Assembly (NCBI GenBank): GCA_030704615.1
Contig: CM060733.1
Coordinates: 71,734,001-71,798,000 of the forward strand
Source of the DNA: Takakia lepidozioides
Lineage: Eukaryota > Plantae > Bryophyta
Length of the DNA: 64,000 nt
Direction of reading: 5' to 3'
The notes beneath the pieces were generated by a model. The model had not been told where the DNA came from. It did not search any database and worked only from the letters and a program-made list of their open reading frames with translations. Positions 12,105 through 25,100 of the stretch are shown here, piece after piece (the first letter of the stretch is position 1; every line of letters starts with the position of its first letter). Position numbers and translations under genes: made by a program.

Positions 12105-14024
12105 GCTAGCATCTCCGTTCTCACTAGAGCTGGAATTAGAGGATTCAATTCTCTTATCCTTCTATTTCCTACTCCAAAAACATTCTGGAATCTGTCCCTT
12201 CTTATGATGATTCCGTGGCTGACAAATGAGCAAAGTTTAATGTCAGGTGGTGACACCTTCCTGTGACGATTGTCTTCCCCCGTCATCTCTTCTTTCTTAT
12301 AGATAATATATGAAGTACTCAGAATGTCATTATTTCACACCGCATTGTCTTTCCCCGGCAGCGGCGCCAAAAAAATGTAGAATAAAAACTATAATCAATC
12401 CTAAAAGAAGGATTAATCAGTTCTAAGTTTACAAACTATATTCCACTAGTTTCCCTATTTTGGCCCCGAAATAGGCCGGTGCAACTTTGCTATTTCGGCG
12501 CCGAAATTGAGAAGTCGGAGTATGCTATCCCTGCGGCCCGACTCCGCTGGCATCATGCAATTTTCATGCTGACGTGCTATTTCGGCGCCGCAATAGGCAG
12601 GTCGGAGCCGGGACGCTGGTGGTTGTAGCACGATTTCTTCCCGTAATGTCGTGGCACCTTCTCTGTCTAGCCCCTTGGTGGAGGTAAAACATTGTCCAGA
12701 CTATCAGCTTGGATAGGCTGTGCGGATAGCCGTTGCCGGCCAATGGGGGCACGTATGCTCATAGCCCCAGAACGAGATCACAGAGGGTGTTCTGCACTGG
12801 GTTTTCAATGTTTGCATCTCTGTGTTGAAACACTCAGTGATTACTTGTCCCTCTCCATCCCCGGTGGGCGCACACTTCCAAAATGCAGCCCTGTGAAAAT
12901 GCCACCTGCATTCGACGGTGCGGGATTCCAGGTTTGCAATTGCGTGAGCCGGAGATGGGAGACATTATGATGGAGTTGGAGTTCACTGAAGGTACACGCA
13001 GGGTGACGAGTTTTTGAGCACTTCTGTGGGATTCTGTTTGGGTGAGGCCTGCCAGTGGACAACAGTGGATACTTGATGTGCGAGATAGACTTGGAAGACG
13101 GAATGTTCGTCTCTTCATCATGAGATGTTGTTGCGGCGAGTTCTGGAGGTCTTACTACCATAACTATACTGCACCTCCACGTATTTGCTCCCGGATAGGG
13201 CTCTTGAGTTGCTCAGTCACTCTTCTGGGCCAGGGAATATATTGTTGACACTAAGGGAGAATTGGAACAGGTTTGTCCTGGATGTTTGCGCATTTCACGA
13301 CGCTGTGGAGGAGCTCCCACCTGGCCTCCAATATCTGCATGTTTTCATGAACCTGACCTCTATAGATATCTTGTATCTTCATGTGCGCCATCTAAATCCA
13401 GAAAACGAGAATGCGCAGTGGACGACTACTGCGGGCCACGCCTAATTCTCGACCCGTGGTTCGACGAGTCGGTGGTTCGTGTTGTGGATATCAACGCAGC
13501 AGCATAGAGCAATGAAGGCTCCACATGAAGGATAATTGTTAAGGATCATTGTGGAGGGTGATTGGAGGGCACATGCACCGGGTTATGGTAGTTTTTGAGG
13601 TTTCTTATGGTGCAGTGGTCCATTTCTGAGGATGGAAGCTCAGAGTTGTCGTTGTATAAAATAAAAACATGGATTTGCTGATGTTTGTATTTCGAGCGTG
13701 TATGGCAATTTTCTGGCATGTGAATGTGGGGTTCATGTTCTATTGAATGTGGTCTGCAAGTTCAAGTGTCTTCTGACCCTAAACATGTTACCCTAGCACT
13801 ACAATGGCTTGTGAGGGCTACAAGTTTGTGTCTCTTTCCTGTCCTGCACAATGTTTTTCAGTCGTAACGGGGAATAACGGCACCGAAATACCTCATTCCG
13901 CATCCGAATCCAGAAGAAAGAGAACGTATTACCGAGGTTTGAGGACCTAATATCGTCAATAAAGGCACGAAAATTCCAATTCCGCGGATGCCCACTCATG
14001 AGCTCATGGGCTCATGAAATAGTA

Positions 14025-16150
14025 AACCTCCTTGGTTATATCCACTGAAGCCATCCATGAATGAGGACATTTTATGGCCTGCTACATTATCTAGTACAGC
14101 TTCTGTGAATGGCAAAGGAAATGGATCCTTCTTTGTACACTTATTCAATTTCTTGTAACTGACACAAACCCTCAGTTTGCCATTTTTCTTTGGAACTATC
14201 ACAATGGGTGATAGCCAAGTTGTATACTCTATTGGGTATATGAACTTAGCTTTTGCCAACTTCTTAATCTCTTCCCCAACCTTTTGTGCATAGTTGGGAT
14301 TCATCCTGTATCTTGCTTGCTTAATTGGTATTGAACTTGGTTCCAACTCAATTTTATGAACTAGCAAATCTCAGGGGGTATCCCCTTCAAATCTTCATAA
14401 CTCCAAGCAAATACATCTTTGTATTTAATGGAGCAGCTCTTAGCTTCCTCAAAGAATTTAGGTTCCAAGTCAGCTCCTACTTTAACCATTCTTGGTTCCT
14501 CCTTAATTCGCACATTAACTTCCCTCACCTGCTCTTCAGCTGTGATGGTCCACCCAGCCACTATTTCATCCTGTAAACTAATTATGGCTGGTTCATCTAG
14601 AATTTCTCTTTCTCCCTCTCTTTCCTCATAGAAATGTGGTGGGTAACTACTTTCTTCCTCCACTACTGGTGTTGCTGTTACTGCTCCACAACATATTGCT
14701 TTGAAGCAACTTAATCCTCTCAGTTGCATTTTTGCAACCTGCTCCCATTCTGGGTGTGCAGCAAACAGGGTACCCTAGACCAGTCATACTCTTTGACTCC
14801 ACGAGGTCTCCTGGTCGCAGGTAGACTACCTGACTTCTTGGTTGTGATGTGTATCTTGTGCTTATCTTTATGCACAATAAGTAATTGGGAATTCCAGTCA
14901 TGAAATACCCTGGCCTGTTTCAGCCATGGTCGTCTTGGTAGCAAGGAATAAGCTTCCATGACATCATCCATCTTAAGTACAGTCACTGGAATTTTAAAAA
15001 TCATCTTCTGAATCTGTATCTTCACTCCCCTTATCAAACCCAATGGTTGTACACTTCTTTGATCTACCGTTACTGTGAATGGGGCTGGTTTCATGTTACT
15101 AAGTCCCAGCTTCTGCCTTAGCTGGTCAGTCACGATATTCACTCCTAATCCTCCATCAATTAGTACATCTGTCAAGATTCTACTTCCAATTTTCAATTGG
15201 ATTACTGGCATGGAATCATCAAAATCCATGACAGTTTCCCGCCCTTCTGGCTTCACATTATAACTTGTTAGTCTGCTGCTCTTCTTTGTATTTCCTGTTA
15301 CTTGAGCAATCTTATTGATTGCCTCATACAGCCTGTGCCTATAGTGGGGTGCTACAGCCAGTAGCTGCCCAATTGTTATCTCTGCTTTTGACTGGCATAT
15401 TACTTCAGCCAATGCCCCTTCAGCATTTAGCACCTGTGAAGCATCATGCTTAAATGTTTCCTCTTCTTCATCTTCTTCTTCAGAGTCTGATGACTCTGCT
15501 ATAGGGATCTGTGTATCCTTCTGCATTTCTCTTATAGTTTATGCTACTTCCTTGTGCAGTTCCTTCTCTTTCCTCCAGGCCTCAAGCATGGATCTGGTAA
15601 GGAGACCTTGAAAATCTGCGAACAAGTGAGAGCAGAGGGGTTCATCTTCAGGCACATCACTGTCATCCTCATTGTCTTCTTCTTCCTCATCCACTGGGGG
15701 CAATAACTTAGCCTTACTTCTGGTAACTATCATGGTACTCAATTCTGGTATGAAACATGGCATAACCATGTGAGCTGCCACTACTGGGCCTTCATTTACA
15801 GGATTTCTTATCTCATTCTGATGTCTAATCCACAAGACATGCTGCCTTGCGATGTCCTGGTTGGTTACAATAGTAACACAATTCTTCACCATTGGGTCCT
15901 CGCCCTGGTCCATCTTGGGATTATTTCTATAATCCTGATTCCCTCGCTGGTAATTCCCCTTTGGATTACCTTGATAGTTGCCTCTGGGATTGCCTTGGTA
16001 ATTCCCTCTTGGATTACCCCCACCTGCCATGCCATTGTTATATCCACCAGGTCTTCCATAGTTACCCCGGTCATTGTTCCTTCTTGGCTGGGGCTGCACC
16101 TAATGCACTCCCACCTGTCTATTCTCCCTTGTTGTTGTCTTTCTGTTGTA
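14025..16150 (-). pseudogene. Tat/Ogre-like gag C-terminus, aspartic protease and RT N-terminus, decayed
   Basis: GNPRGNYQ repeats; VLIDGGLGVNIV protease; YKDVFAWSYEDLKGI; WLSPIVIVPKKNGKLRVCV, DPFPLPF, MDGFSGYNQ. Confidence 0.9.
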
Positions 16151-16453
16151 GTAACAATTCTCAGTTTACCATTCTTCTTGGGAACTATCACAATGGGTGA
16201 CAACCAAGTTGTGTACTCTATCGGGTATATAAAATCAAGACCTAGTCACTGTACCTCTGTTCATCAACTAGGAGAGTTTATGAACTTGTTCTATAGTTTC
16301 AACCTTCGTAAGGTCCAATTATGTTCAAAACCTACTGTTGAGAATTCCTCTCCAAAAAGAGATTATGTGCACCTTTGCTGCCACTGTAGGAGTCCAACCT
16401 GACTCGCAGCTGACAGAGTTCAATACATTCAATTAGGTGACAACCATTTCATT

Positions 16454-18790
16454 TCACCAATACTCCCCACAAGAACAAACACCATTTTGGAAGTGGTGAA
16501 AGCGGTTTGCATCCTGTACAACAATCTCTTGCTTAGCTATCTTTGAGATGAATTTGGTGGTTGTGTGGCAATCACCACACATCCGAAGATTCCTGATGAT
16601 CCCCAAAGACATCCCAGAGGGTGTGTTGATAAGCCCAAAAATAATGGCCAACTTCTCATTGTGGTGGCAAAGAGACGATTCTTTAAGCTCTTCCTCAACA
16701 TCATGCAATGCAAAGCGTGGGCTTCACCCCTTCGCACATCATTTGCTCATAGGTCTCCAAAGCCACCATCCCGCGCCCTTGTTGTGTATATCCTGCAATC
16801 ATCGCATTCCACGACAGCACATCTCGTTCAGCCATACCGTCGAACACTCCATTCATACATGTCCACGAGAGTATTGTTCAGAATGACATTTGATACAGTT
16901 GCAAATCTAACAATGTCGCCATGGACCTCTTTGCCCTTTTCCAGAGCTGACAGGCTTGCACACGCATTGCAAATGTACACAAACGTGATGTGGTCGGGCT
17001 TCACCCCTTCCCCCATCATTTGATCATAGGCTCCAAAGCCTCCATACCACGTCCCTGCTGTGCATACCCTGCAAGCATCGCACTCCACGACACCACATCT
17101 CGTTCAGCCATGGAAACTCCCTTCGCATCCTTAATGCACCCACATTTGGCATACATGTCCACCAGGGGAGTGTTCATAATGTCAGCTGGTACAATTCCAG
17201 CTTTGACGATGTCACCATGGACCTCTTTTCCTTTTTCCAGAGCTCGCAGGCTTGGACACGCATTGCATCCTGCCAACATTATATTCCACGTGATCAAAGA
17301 TCGTTGAGGCATTCTGTTGAACACTTGGTGAGCATCAATGATGCTCCCGCACATAACATACATGTTGACAAGGGTGTTGAGTAGAAAAACACTTGATGTG
17401 AATCCACTTTGGATGATGTGAGTATGCACCTGTTTTCCAGCTTCCAGAGCTTCCATCTTGATGCACTTAAGCAAGAGATAGACATACATATCTGAATCTG
17501 GTGAAATGCCTTGTGATGTGGTTAGTTCCCCCATCATTTGCTCATAGGTCTCCAAAGCCTCCATCCCGTGCCCTTGCTGTGCATACCCTGCAAGCATCAC
17601 GTTCCACGACACCACATCTTGTTCAGCCAGAGTGTTGAAAACTCCCCTTGCATCCTTAACGCACCCACATTTGGCAAACATGTCCACAAGGGCAATGTTC
17701 AAGATGACATCTGGTACAATTCCAGCTTGCTCCCAGGCTTTCACACGCATTGCAAACACAAACAAATGTGATGTGGTTGGGCTTCACCGCTTCACACATC
17801 ATTTGCTCATATGTCTCCAAACATTCCTACCACACCTATGCTTGGTAAATCCTTTCAACATAATATTCCACGTGATCAAAGATCATTGAGGCATTTTGTT
17901 GAACACTTGGTGAGCATCCCTGATGTTCGGGCACCTAACATACAGGTTGACAAGGGTGTTGAGTAGAAAAACATTTGGCGTGAATCCACTTTGGATAATG
18001 TGAGTGTGCACCTGCTAACCAGCTTCGAGACCTTCCATCTTGATGCACTTAAGCAAGAGACAGACATACATATTTGAATCTGCTGAACTGCCTCCTTGGT
18101 TTAGAGTCTGTAGAGCCTGTCGCACAAAGTATCCTCACATGCCCAGAAGTGCCAGAAGAGGCATTGTGGACTCCCTCTCTTGATCCTCTTTCAGAAGCTA
18201 TGGTCATGGTTGAGGTGCCTGATTTTATCAACTGTGCCGCTGCAGCTGCTGCCTTTAGTTGACCATCTACACATGCAGGTTTCTTGTAGCTACTGACCCC
18301 CACATAGAATCAAGGTAATCTGGAGCTTGAAGTCCAGCCTCTTGGATGAATCTGGATCCACACTCTATCCATGCTCATTCAGGAAAAAACAGGGAAAAAC
18401 TCTGATAATAGGGAAAAACAGACTGAAATGTGTTGAAGAAGGTACCTTCATTAGCAGTGCCTTGTCCTACCAAATGCACTGCTGCCGCTGCTATTTCCAG
18501 TTGACCATCTACCCACGCAGCTTTCTTGTAGCTATTGATCCGCAGGGAATCAAAAGTAATATTGTGTTTAAAATCGACCTCTTGGATGAATCGTGTTCCT
18601 CGACACCACCTCGTTCAGCCATAGTGTTGAACACTCCCTCCGCATCCTCAATGCTCCCACAATGGCATACATGTCCACAAGGGTATTGTGCATAATCACA
18701 TCCGGTACAATTCCAGCTTTGGTGATGCAACCATGCACCTCTTTGCCCTTTTCCATGGCTGCAGGCTTGCACACGCACTGCAAACGCACA
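16454..18790 (-). pseudogene. Scrambled PLS-class PPR-DYW gene with upstream OSB-type PDF motifs
   Basis: DYW domain HHNEKLA..NLRMCGDCH..FHHFQNGVCSCGEYW (16454-16708); P/L/S motifs (DVVSWNVMLAGYAQQG, GKEVHGDI, NTLVDMYAKCG); duplicated N-terminal L motif; PDF motifs at ~18240-18350 and ~18480-18595; E1/E2 missing. Confidence 0.9.
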
Positions 18791-18795
18791 CAAAT

Positions 18796-19962
18796 GAATT
18801 CAAAGGTCAGATGGTGGGGTCAGCTACAACATATGTCCAACACCAGATATCCTAAGTTAATCGACTCTATATCTTGGAAACATCGACTCTATATCTTTAA
18901 AACTACATGCTCTAGCTTAGGCTTGGATTTCATGGCTAATGGTTCCATCTCGAGACTTGATAACAGGGGTACGTTGAAGGTTGCAATGACCAAAAGTGCT
19001 TCTAATTGAGTCCCACATCAATTCAATCTCAAAGAAGTTCGTCCCTTGACTGGCTGGAGAGCGGTCTTAGACATTGGTGATTCAATGGGGTGCTCTAGGA
19101 AGACAACCAAGGGCAAGGACTTCAACTTGAGAGTTTCTAATCGGTTTGATGCTCTGGATGAGGTTGAATCCATGGGGTAACTGTCCCCCCTTTGCAGAAC
19201 GGTTGGCCGTCCAGGATCAATCACAAGCTACCTAGACGACAAACAATTCACATGCACAGGGCTGGCTTGCGGCTGGCCACTTTCAACTTCTCAGGGTTGA
19301 CCAACCAAAGGAAACAACTCGAAGTGGGACAAGTTCTTCGGACTAATGATATTCATATCTGTGCTGGGCAAGAAACATGGGAAACGTCGGATAAACTGGT
19401 TGGAGATGTCAATGGTTATAAATGGGCAGGTAAGATGTGTACTCTCAAGGCAGCCTCTGCCAAACGCGGTCAAAAAGGGGTTGGATTCTTTGTCCGTGAT
19501 TTCTTGTTTGACAATTGTGAAATTATCAACAAGGGTTTGAGGTACGAGCATAGTATCTGCCTAAAACTGAATCTGAAGGGCGGCATGAGTACGAAGGACC
19601 TCTTTGTGGGTTGTGTTTACATGCCCACAGAGGGGACCCTTAGTGCTGACACAGACAAAAGCCCGGGTGGGCAAAGGGCTCCATCAGGACGATATCATTG
19701 GGCCTTCTGGTGAGGACGAGCTGAATTCTAATGGCAGATGGTTAATTAACTGTCTGGAAGAGCTTCAGCTTTTGACCTTGAATAACAGGACAAGAGGTGA
19801 CGAAGTGTAGTGGACTCGTGAGAAATCCCAAACTGGGGAACGTTCCATTGTGGACTATATCATAATGGACAAAAATTTGTTCCCCCAGTGTGCCAATGTG
19901 TTGATCGACAGAACTGATATTGGTACCTCTGACCACTTCCTGGTTTGGACTGAGATCAAAAG
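18796..19962 (+). mobile_element. Rearranged fragment of the APE-RT LINE (post-RT piece + 5' ORF piece + APE N-terminus)
   Basis: Matches the reverse complements of ~59985-60065, ~63270-63540 and ~61997-62860, with internal deletions; RLATFNFSGL APE motif. Confidence 0.9.
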
Positions 19963-20512
19963 AGGATCTCTTGTGTGTGCCTACTTGTGTCTGTAGTCAG
20001 GTAACGACGGATTGGTCAGTGAGAACCACCACGTTGCAGCTGAGCACGGCCTGCTAAGACCAAGCTGACTCTCCCAAGAACCTTGTAAACATCTGGAAGA
20101 ATACCAAATCAGGTACTAACATGAGGCAAGATCCTGCAATAGCAGGATGGAAAAAATTCTTACCTTAAGAAAACGCCACACCTTGCGATTGCAGTTGTCC
20201 CACCATTGTCAATCTTCTAAAAAATCATGTCAGGTCTGCTCAGTGCTGCAAATTCAGGGCCGACTCTGATGAGAGGGCAAGACAGGCTGAAATAGGTTGA
20301 AGAAGAAGGTGCCCTCACCACATTGTCCTTGACCTTGTGTCATGACCCATGGAGGATTTGCCCTCCTATCAACCCAAAAGGATCGCTTCGGTGTGCTGCT
20401 AGTGTCTGTAGTCAGATAATGTCGGATTGGTCTTTGAGAAACCACCACAAAATGGCCTGCTAAGACCAAGCTCACTCTCCCCTAAACCTTGTAAACATCA
20501 GGAAGAATACCA
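19963..20512 (-). pseudogene. OSB-type PDF-motif exons (two partial copies)
   Basis: TEQT*HDFLED*QWWDNCNRK|gt exon at ~20182-20244, an intron, then an NP..PDYRHK exon; the second copy gives KRSFWVDRRANPPWVMTQ; both match 50790-51165. Confidence 0.75.
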
Positions 20513-20689
20513 TGCCCTGTGGAGAGGAGGGGAGAGGAGAGGAGGGAAAAGAGAAAGCCCGCGGAAGGGAAGGCGATCGCGGGAGAGGAGTGGAGAGGAG
20601 ATCAGAGGAGGAGAGGGAAAAGAGAAAGCCGCGGGAGGTGCTGACATACACTCCTTAAGCACCCCCACTTGAACGGATTCTAGAGACTA

Positions 20690-21830
20690 GAGAAACAAAT
20701 AACAGAGATGAAGAGAAGCTTTGGAATGAGACACTTTTCTGACCCCAGTCAATGGTGGGACAATGTGGGTGGATGGTCAACTGGAAACAGCAGCGGCAAC
20801 AGCGCAATTGATAGAGCAAGGCACTACTGATGAAGGTACCTTCTTCAATACATTTGTGATGAGGGCACCTTCTTCTTCAACCTATTTCAGCCTGTTTTGC
20901 CCTCTCATCAGACTCAGCCCTGAATTTGCATATTGAAATATATATGTTAGCTCGTTGGGTGGATATGTGGTGGTTTGGAGTGACTTTGCAAGTTACTGCC
21001 GAGGTGACACATGAAAGTACCTACAAACAGATAACAGAGTGTGGAGGGAGGGGAGAATGAGACACTTTTTTGACCCCAGTCAATGGTGGGACAATGTGGG
21101 TAGATGGTCAACTGGAAACAGCAGCGGCAGCAGCGCAATTGATAGAGCAAGGCACTGCTGATGAAGGTACCTTCTTCAACACATTTCAGCTTGAGGGCAC
21201 CTTCTGGTTTGACCTGTTTCAGCCCGTTTTTCCCTCTCATCAGACTGAGCCTTGAAATTGTATATGTATTGAGCTCGTTGGGTGGATCTGCAGTGCGTTG
21301 GAGTTACTTTGCAAGTTACTGCCGAGGTGGCAGCAGGAAAGTATCTAAAAATAGATAACATAGATGGAGAGAAGCTTTCAAGGAATGAATACTTTTCTGA
21401 CCCCAGTCAATGGTGGGACAATGTGAGTAGATGGTCAACTGGAAATAGCAGCGGCAGCAGCGCAATTGATAGAACAAGGGACTGTTAATGAAGGTACCTT
21501 CTTCAACACATTTCAGCCTGTTTTTCCTTGTTATCAGAGTCGTCCCTAAATTTCCAGATGGCCGGATTTCAAGCTCCAGATTACCTATGATTCCATGTGG
21601 AAGGATAGCTACAAGAAACCTGCATGGGTAGATGGTCAACTGGAAGCCACAGTAGCAGCAGCAGAGGCATGATGTACGCATTGTTAGTGTAGAGGGAGGG
21701 ATAGCTGTTGATGCAGGAAGAGGATTGTGGATGCAGAATCATCCAAGAGGGCCAGATTTGGACCAAGGAACAGCGCTAGCAGGAGTTCTATAAATATGAT
21801 TCACAGCGGTGGGACAATATTGTCAACAAG
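20690..21830 (+). pseudogene. Tandem partial duplications of PDF-motif exons, inverted relative to the neighbouring copies
   Basis: Three FSDPSQWWDN..WVDGQLE(T)AAAAAQLI units (~20700, ~21030, ~21350), a PDFKLQITYDSMWKDSYKKPAWV unit (~21560) and EQR*QEFYKYDSQRWDNIVNK|gt (21768-21830). Confidence 0.75.
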
Positions 21831-22199
21831 GTGAGCTTTTTTCATGCAACATCGTAGGGACTTTGACAGAACTTTGTATTCAAATATGTTAGTGTGGAGG
21901 GAGGGCTAGCCGCTGATGCAGGGATGGACTGTGGGTTCAGGATCACCTAAGAGGGCTACCAGCAGTGGAAGTAGCAGCACTTGGTCAATAGCAACAGCAA
22001 GAATTAACAGCGTCAAACTAATCAATCAGGTACTTGCTTCTATACACATTTCATCCTCTTATCAACGTAGTCCCTGCTTGGACAACCTATAGGGCTGTAA
22101 AAAACAGGACTTTGGAACCTTCCAACCCGGGTGCTTTGTTATTGGTATATCAAGGTCTGATTTGAAATGTTTTCATTGCATTTTGCAGGTGAACTCATC

Positions 22200-25100
22200 A
22201 TGGAAGAAGAGTTGGAAGTAAAAGTCCTGCTCGTTGGAGGAGATGCATCACCAAACAGGCTTGGTTCTATGTTCACTATGCCAGTGTCACATACAAATGC
22301 ATCCGAGCAGAAATTCAAGGTGATGAGCTTGTCCCAAGAAAATTTCATTTATTTTCCATGGGGGGTAGTGTCCTTTCAGCCAAGCAGGAAGAGAGGATGG
22401 TTCTGAAAGGGGATACTGTACACATTAAGATTTCAGACCAAAAAGATGGGGACCAAGGATTGAAAGACCTCTATCCTCCAGTGGTTCTACGATCTTGCAT
22501 GAGGACATACCAGGCGAGGACCCGACACCAGTGTCTAAAAAAATGAGGATGGACCCTGACACTACCTTTGCTGGCAATGGTGGAAATGAAGACCATGCAC
22601 ATGAGCATGCACTTCAGCAGAGATCTGGTAGATTGTGCAACACATTGGCTACATCCAGCGATATTCAAAAATGACAGAAAGAGATTAGAGCCGTTGAAAG
22701 AAAAATCTCTGCAGAAGGACGATGTGACAAGTTTGAGCTCGTGACAAATGATCAACAAGGACAAGCAATGTTCCACATATGGTGTGTTGAGTGTGAGGAT
22801 GTTTATGCACGGTCTGGGAAAAACAAACCATATGATGCATGTGCAAACTTTATGAGATCTCATTTGAGGAGTGAGGCGTCATGGGAAGGGTTCATTACAA
22901 GGTGTCATCAGCCCTGTAAATGCAGAGGAAGCATTAGATGCAAAAAAGAACAGGGTGAAGGAGGCATTAGAGGAAGTCGCTCGGTTTTGTGAGGACAATC
23001 CTGGAAACAGATTTGAGATTGTGGAAGCCACAATTGGAGACTATTTGCAGTTGGGTTCCATAAGGATTAAGTATGCAATTGATTCGAAGTGGCTACTCTT
23101 GTTTCCAAGACAAGTTCTTTTGCAATCTTCTTTGACAGAGCATGTGAAAGGAAAAACCCATGTGGATGCAGAGATTTGCCAGAAGGTTGGAAGTAGTGAA
23201 GGACTGTGCAAAAAGAGAGGAAGGCCTCCAAAGCCCATGATTGCCAAAGATGTAGAGCAACGGGATCTAAGCTCTTTCTTGGTCAGTCAACCTGTGTTGC
23301 CGTCCCCACCACTTGACAATCCAATTGTGGCATCAACAATGGGAGCATCCTCATCACAAACTCCATACACGAGTGTTGACGCTGCCCAACGGGAAGATCT
23401 GATTGAGGATTGACAATTACAGCGAAGGTCCCAATGCAACAAAGGAAGAGACACTTTGTGTTGGGGCCTATGGGATGAATGGTGGGAGTACAACCACAAG
23501 AGAATAAGTCTGAAACCATTCCTTCAAGATAGCAAGGGAGGAAAAAAGTGGTATGTTGAGCCCTTGACACATGCAACCATCACTCTAAACAATCAAGAGC
23601 ATAAGGTTGTTGGTACGTTTCTGCACGCGAATTGTTTTAGAGTGTCATTGGATGGGGAGCCATTTCCAAACTTGAGGTGTTCAGCATGTTCTTCCATTCC
23701 CTTGGAAAATGACTTCATAATGAGGGTATATAGAGAGAGAGGTGCCATGGAATGTAGAGGGGAGAGAGATACTGGCAAGGGAAGAAGACTGTCATATCTT
23801 GGAAATGCCAAGATTGTCAAACAAGTTTACAAAAACAGGCAGGAGTTGAGGCAGTTGAGGTTCAAATTGTGGGAGGCCAGGACCAAAGTGGCATCCTTGT
23901 CTGTGCGATGTAGGAGTTTGAAGGAGTCTGGGATTGAGGCAATTGAAAGAGGAGATGTTTTCAAATTTTGTCATGATATTGTTGATGCACATAGGAGGGG
24001 GAATTTTGAAGGAAAAGAAGGTTTGTGGGACTTTCTTTTTTATATCAAGAATATTGACAGGTCTCCACAAGGGAAGAGGTATGGTACTGGCACAAAAACA
24101 ATGTTTGAGACTGTGCAGCTTTGCCAAGGGGGTCCGAGATTGCATCATTTTTTGGCTTCAAATGTGGGGGGTCCTTCTATTGATACTACAAGACGGTCTT
24201 TAAGGAAGGGTTTGAAGTATAGAGTGGGAGAAATGGATGATATATTTCAGCATGTGGCTGGAATTTACAGACATGTGATGGAAGATGCCAGTATTCCAAT
24301 GGGAAGCATCCCAGTGATGGTGGCCGAAGATGAAACTGTTGTGAAGCGATTGGTACGTTGGATTGCTAGGGATAACACCCTTCTCGGGTTCTGTGGGCTT
24401 CAAGACAACCATGTATGTATTTTAGATTTTGTGGTGCAAGTGGGAGAAGGGGAATCAGGGTACGAACATATTGTGGAGGCATTAAAAAACAATGTGGTTG
24501 CCCATTACGCCAGAGTGTTGATAGCAAATTCTCTACATATACGGTTACCTCGATTGGTATTGATAATCCAGCTCATTTGCAATAGATTTGACAACAATTT
24601 TGTGAGATCACAATGAGAAGTGGTGAGGCAGTTGTGGGACAAATATGCGAGGGACGTGGTTGGGCCTATAATTGGGCATGCTTCAGACGGAGATAGTAGG
24701 AGGAGAAAAGTGATATTAGAAGATTATGCCAATGGGGCTAGAAGTAGATTTTGCATCTATTGGGAAGGATGGTTGTTTACAGGTCGAATGTGCAACGGGG
24801 GAGATATATACGGACTCCATGATCAGGACTTCATCCACAATGGGAAAAAATTGGTAAATCCCTTGGACAGTGCATCACGGACTTTGGTGTTGGGTGATGA
24901 GGTTGCTATATTGAATCACGCGTTATTGGTCTACCATTCATTTTTAGTGGACAAGCATGGACTTCGGGAAGGTGATATCAAAATAGAAGATCGACAGAAT
25001 TAGGCAGCAGCTCAACGACTGACATCTCGGAAGGTGCAAGCTTGTTTGAGGGAGTTACAATCAACTGTGAATCATCGAAGGGAGATGACCAAAAGTACTG

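Noticed and set aside
12900-13507. Decayed ORF with a HIT-like MN..SI..LYLHV motif
   Set aside because: The histidine triad is incomplete and the frames are broken; no family call can be supported.
13797-13995. CACTACAA as a CACTA left TIR
   Set aside because: It does not match the TIR at 45138 beyond CACTA, and no subterminal repeats follow.
16454-16708. Possible U-to-C (DYW:KP/GRP-type) deaminase
   Set aside because: Both DYW domains look canonical (H(S/N)EKLA, CGDCH, C.CG(E/D)YW).
20690-21670. Repeat-spacer-like pattern suggesting a CRISPR array
   Set aside because: The units are long, irregular duplications of coding exons in a eukaryotic context, and there are no cas genes.
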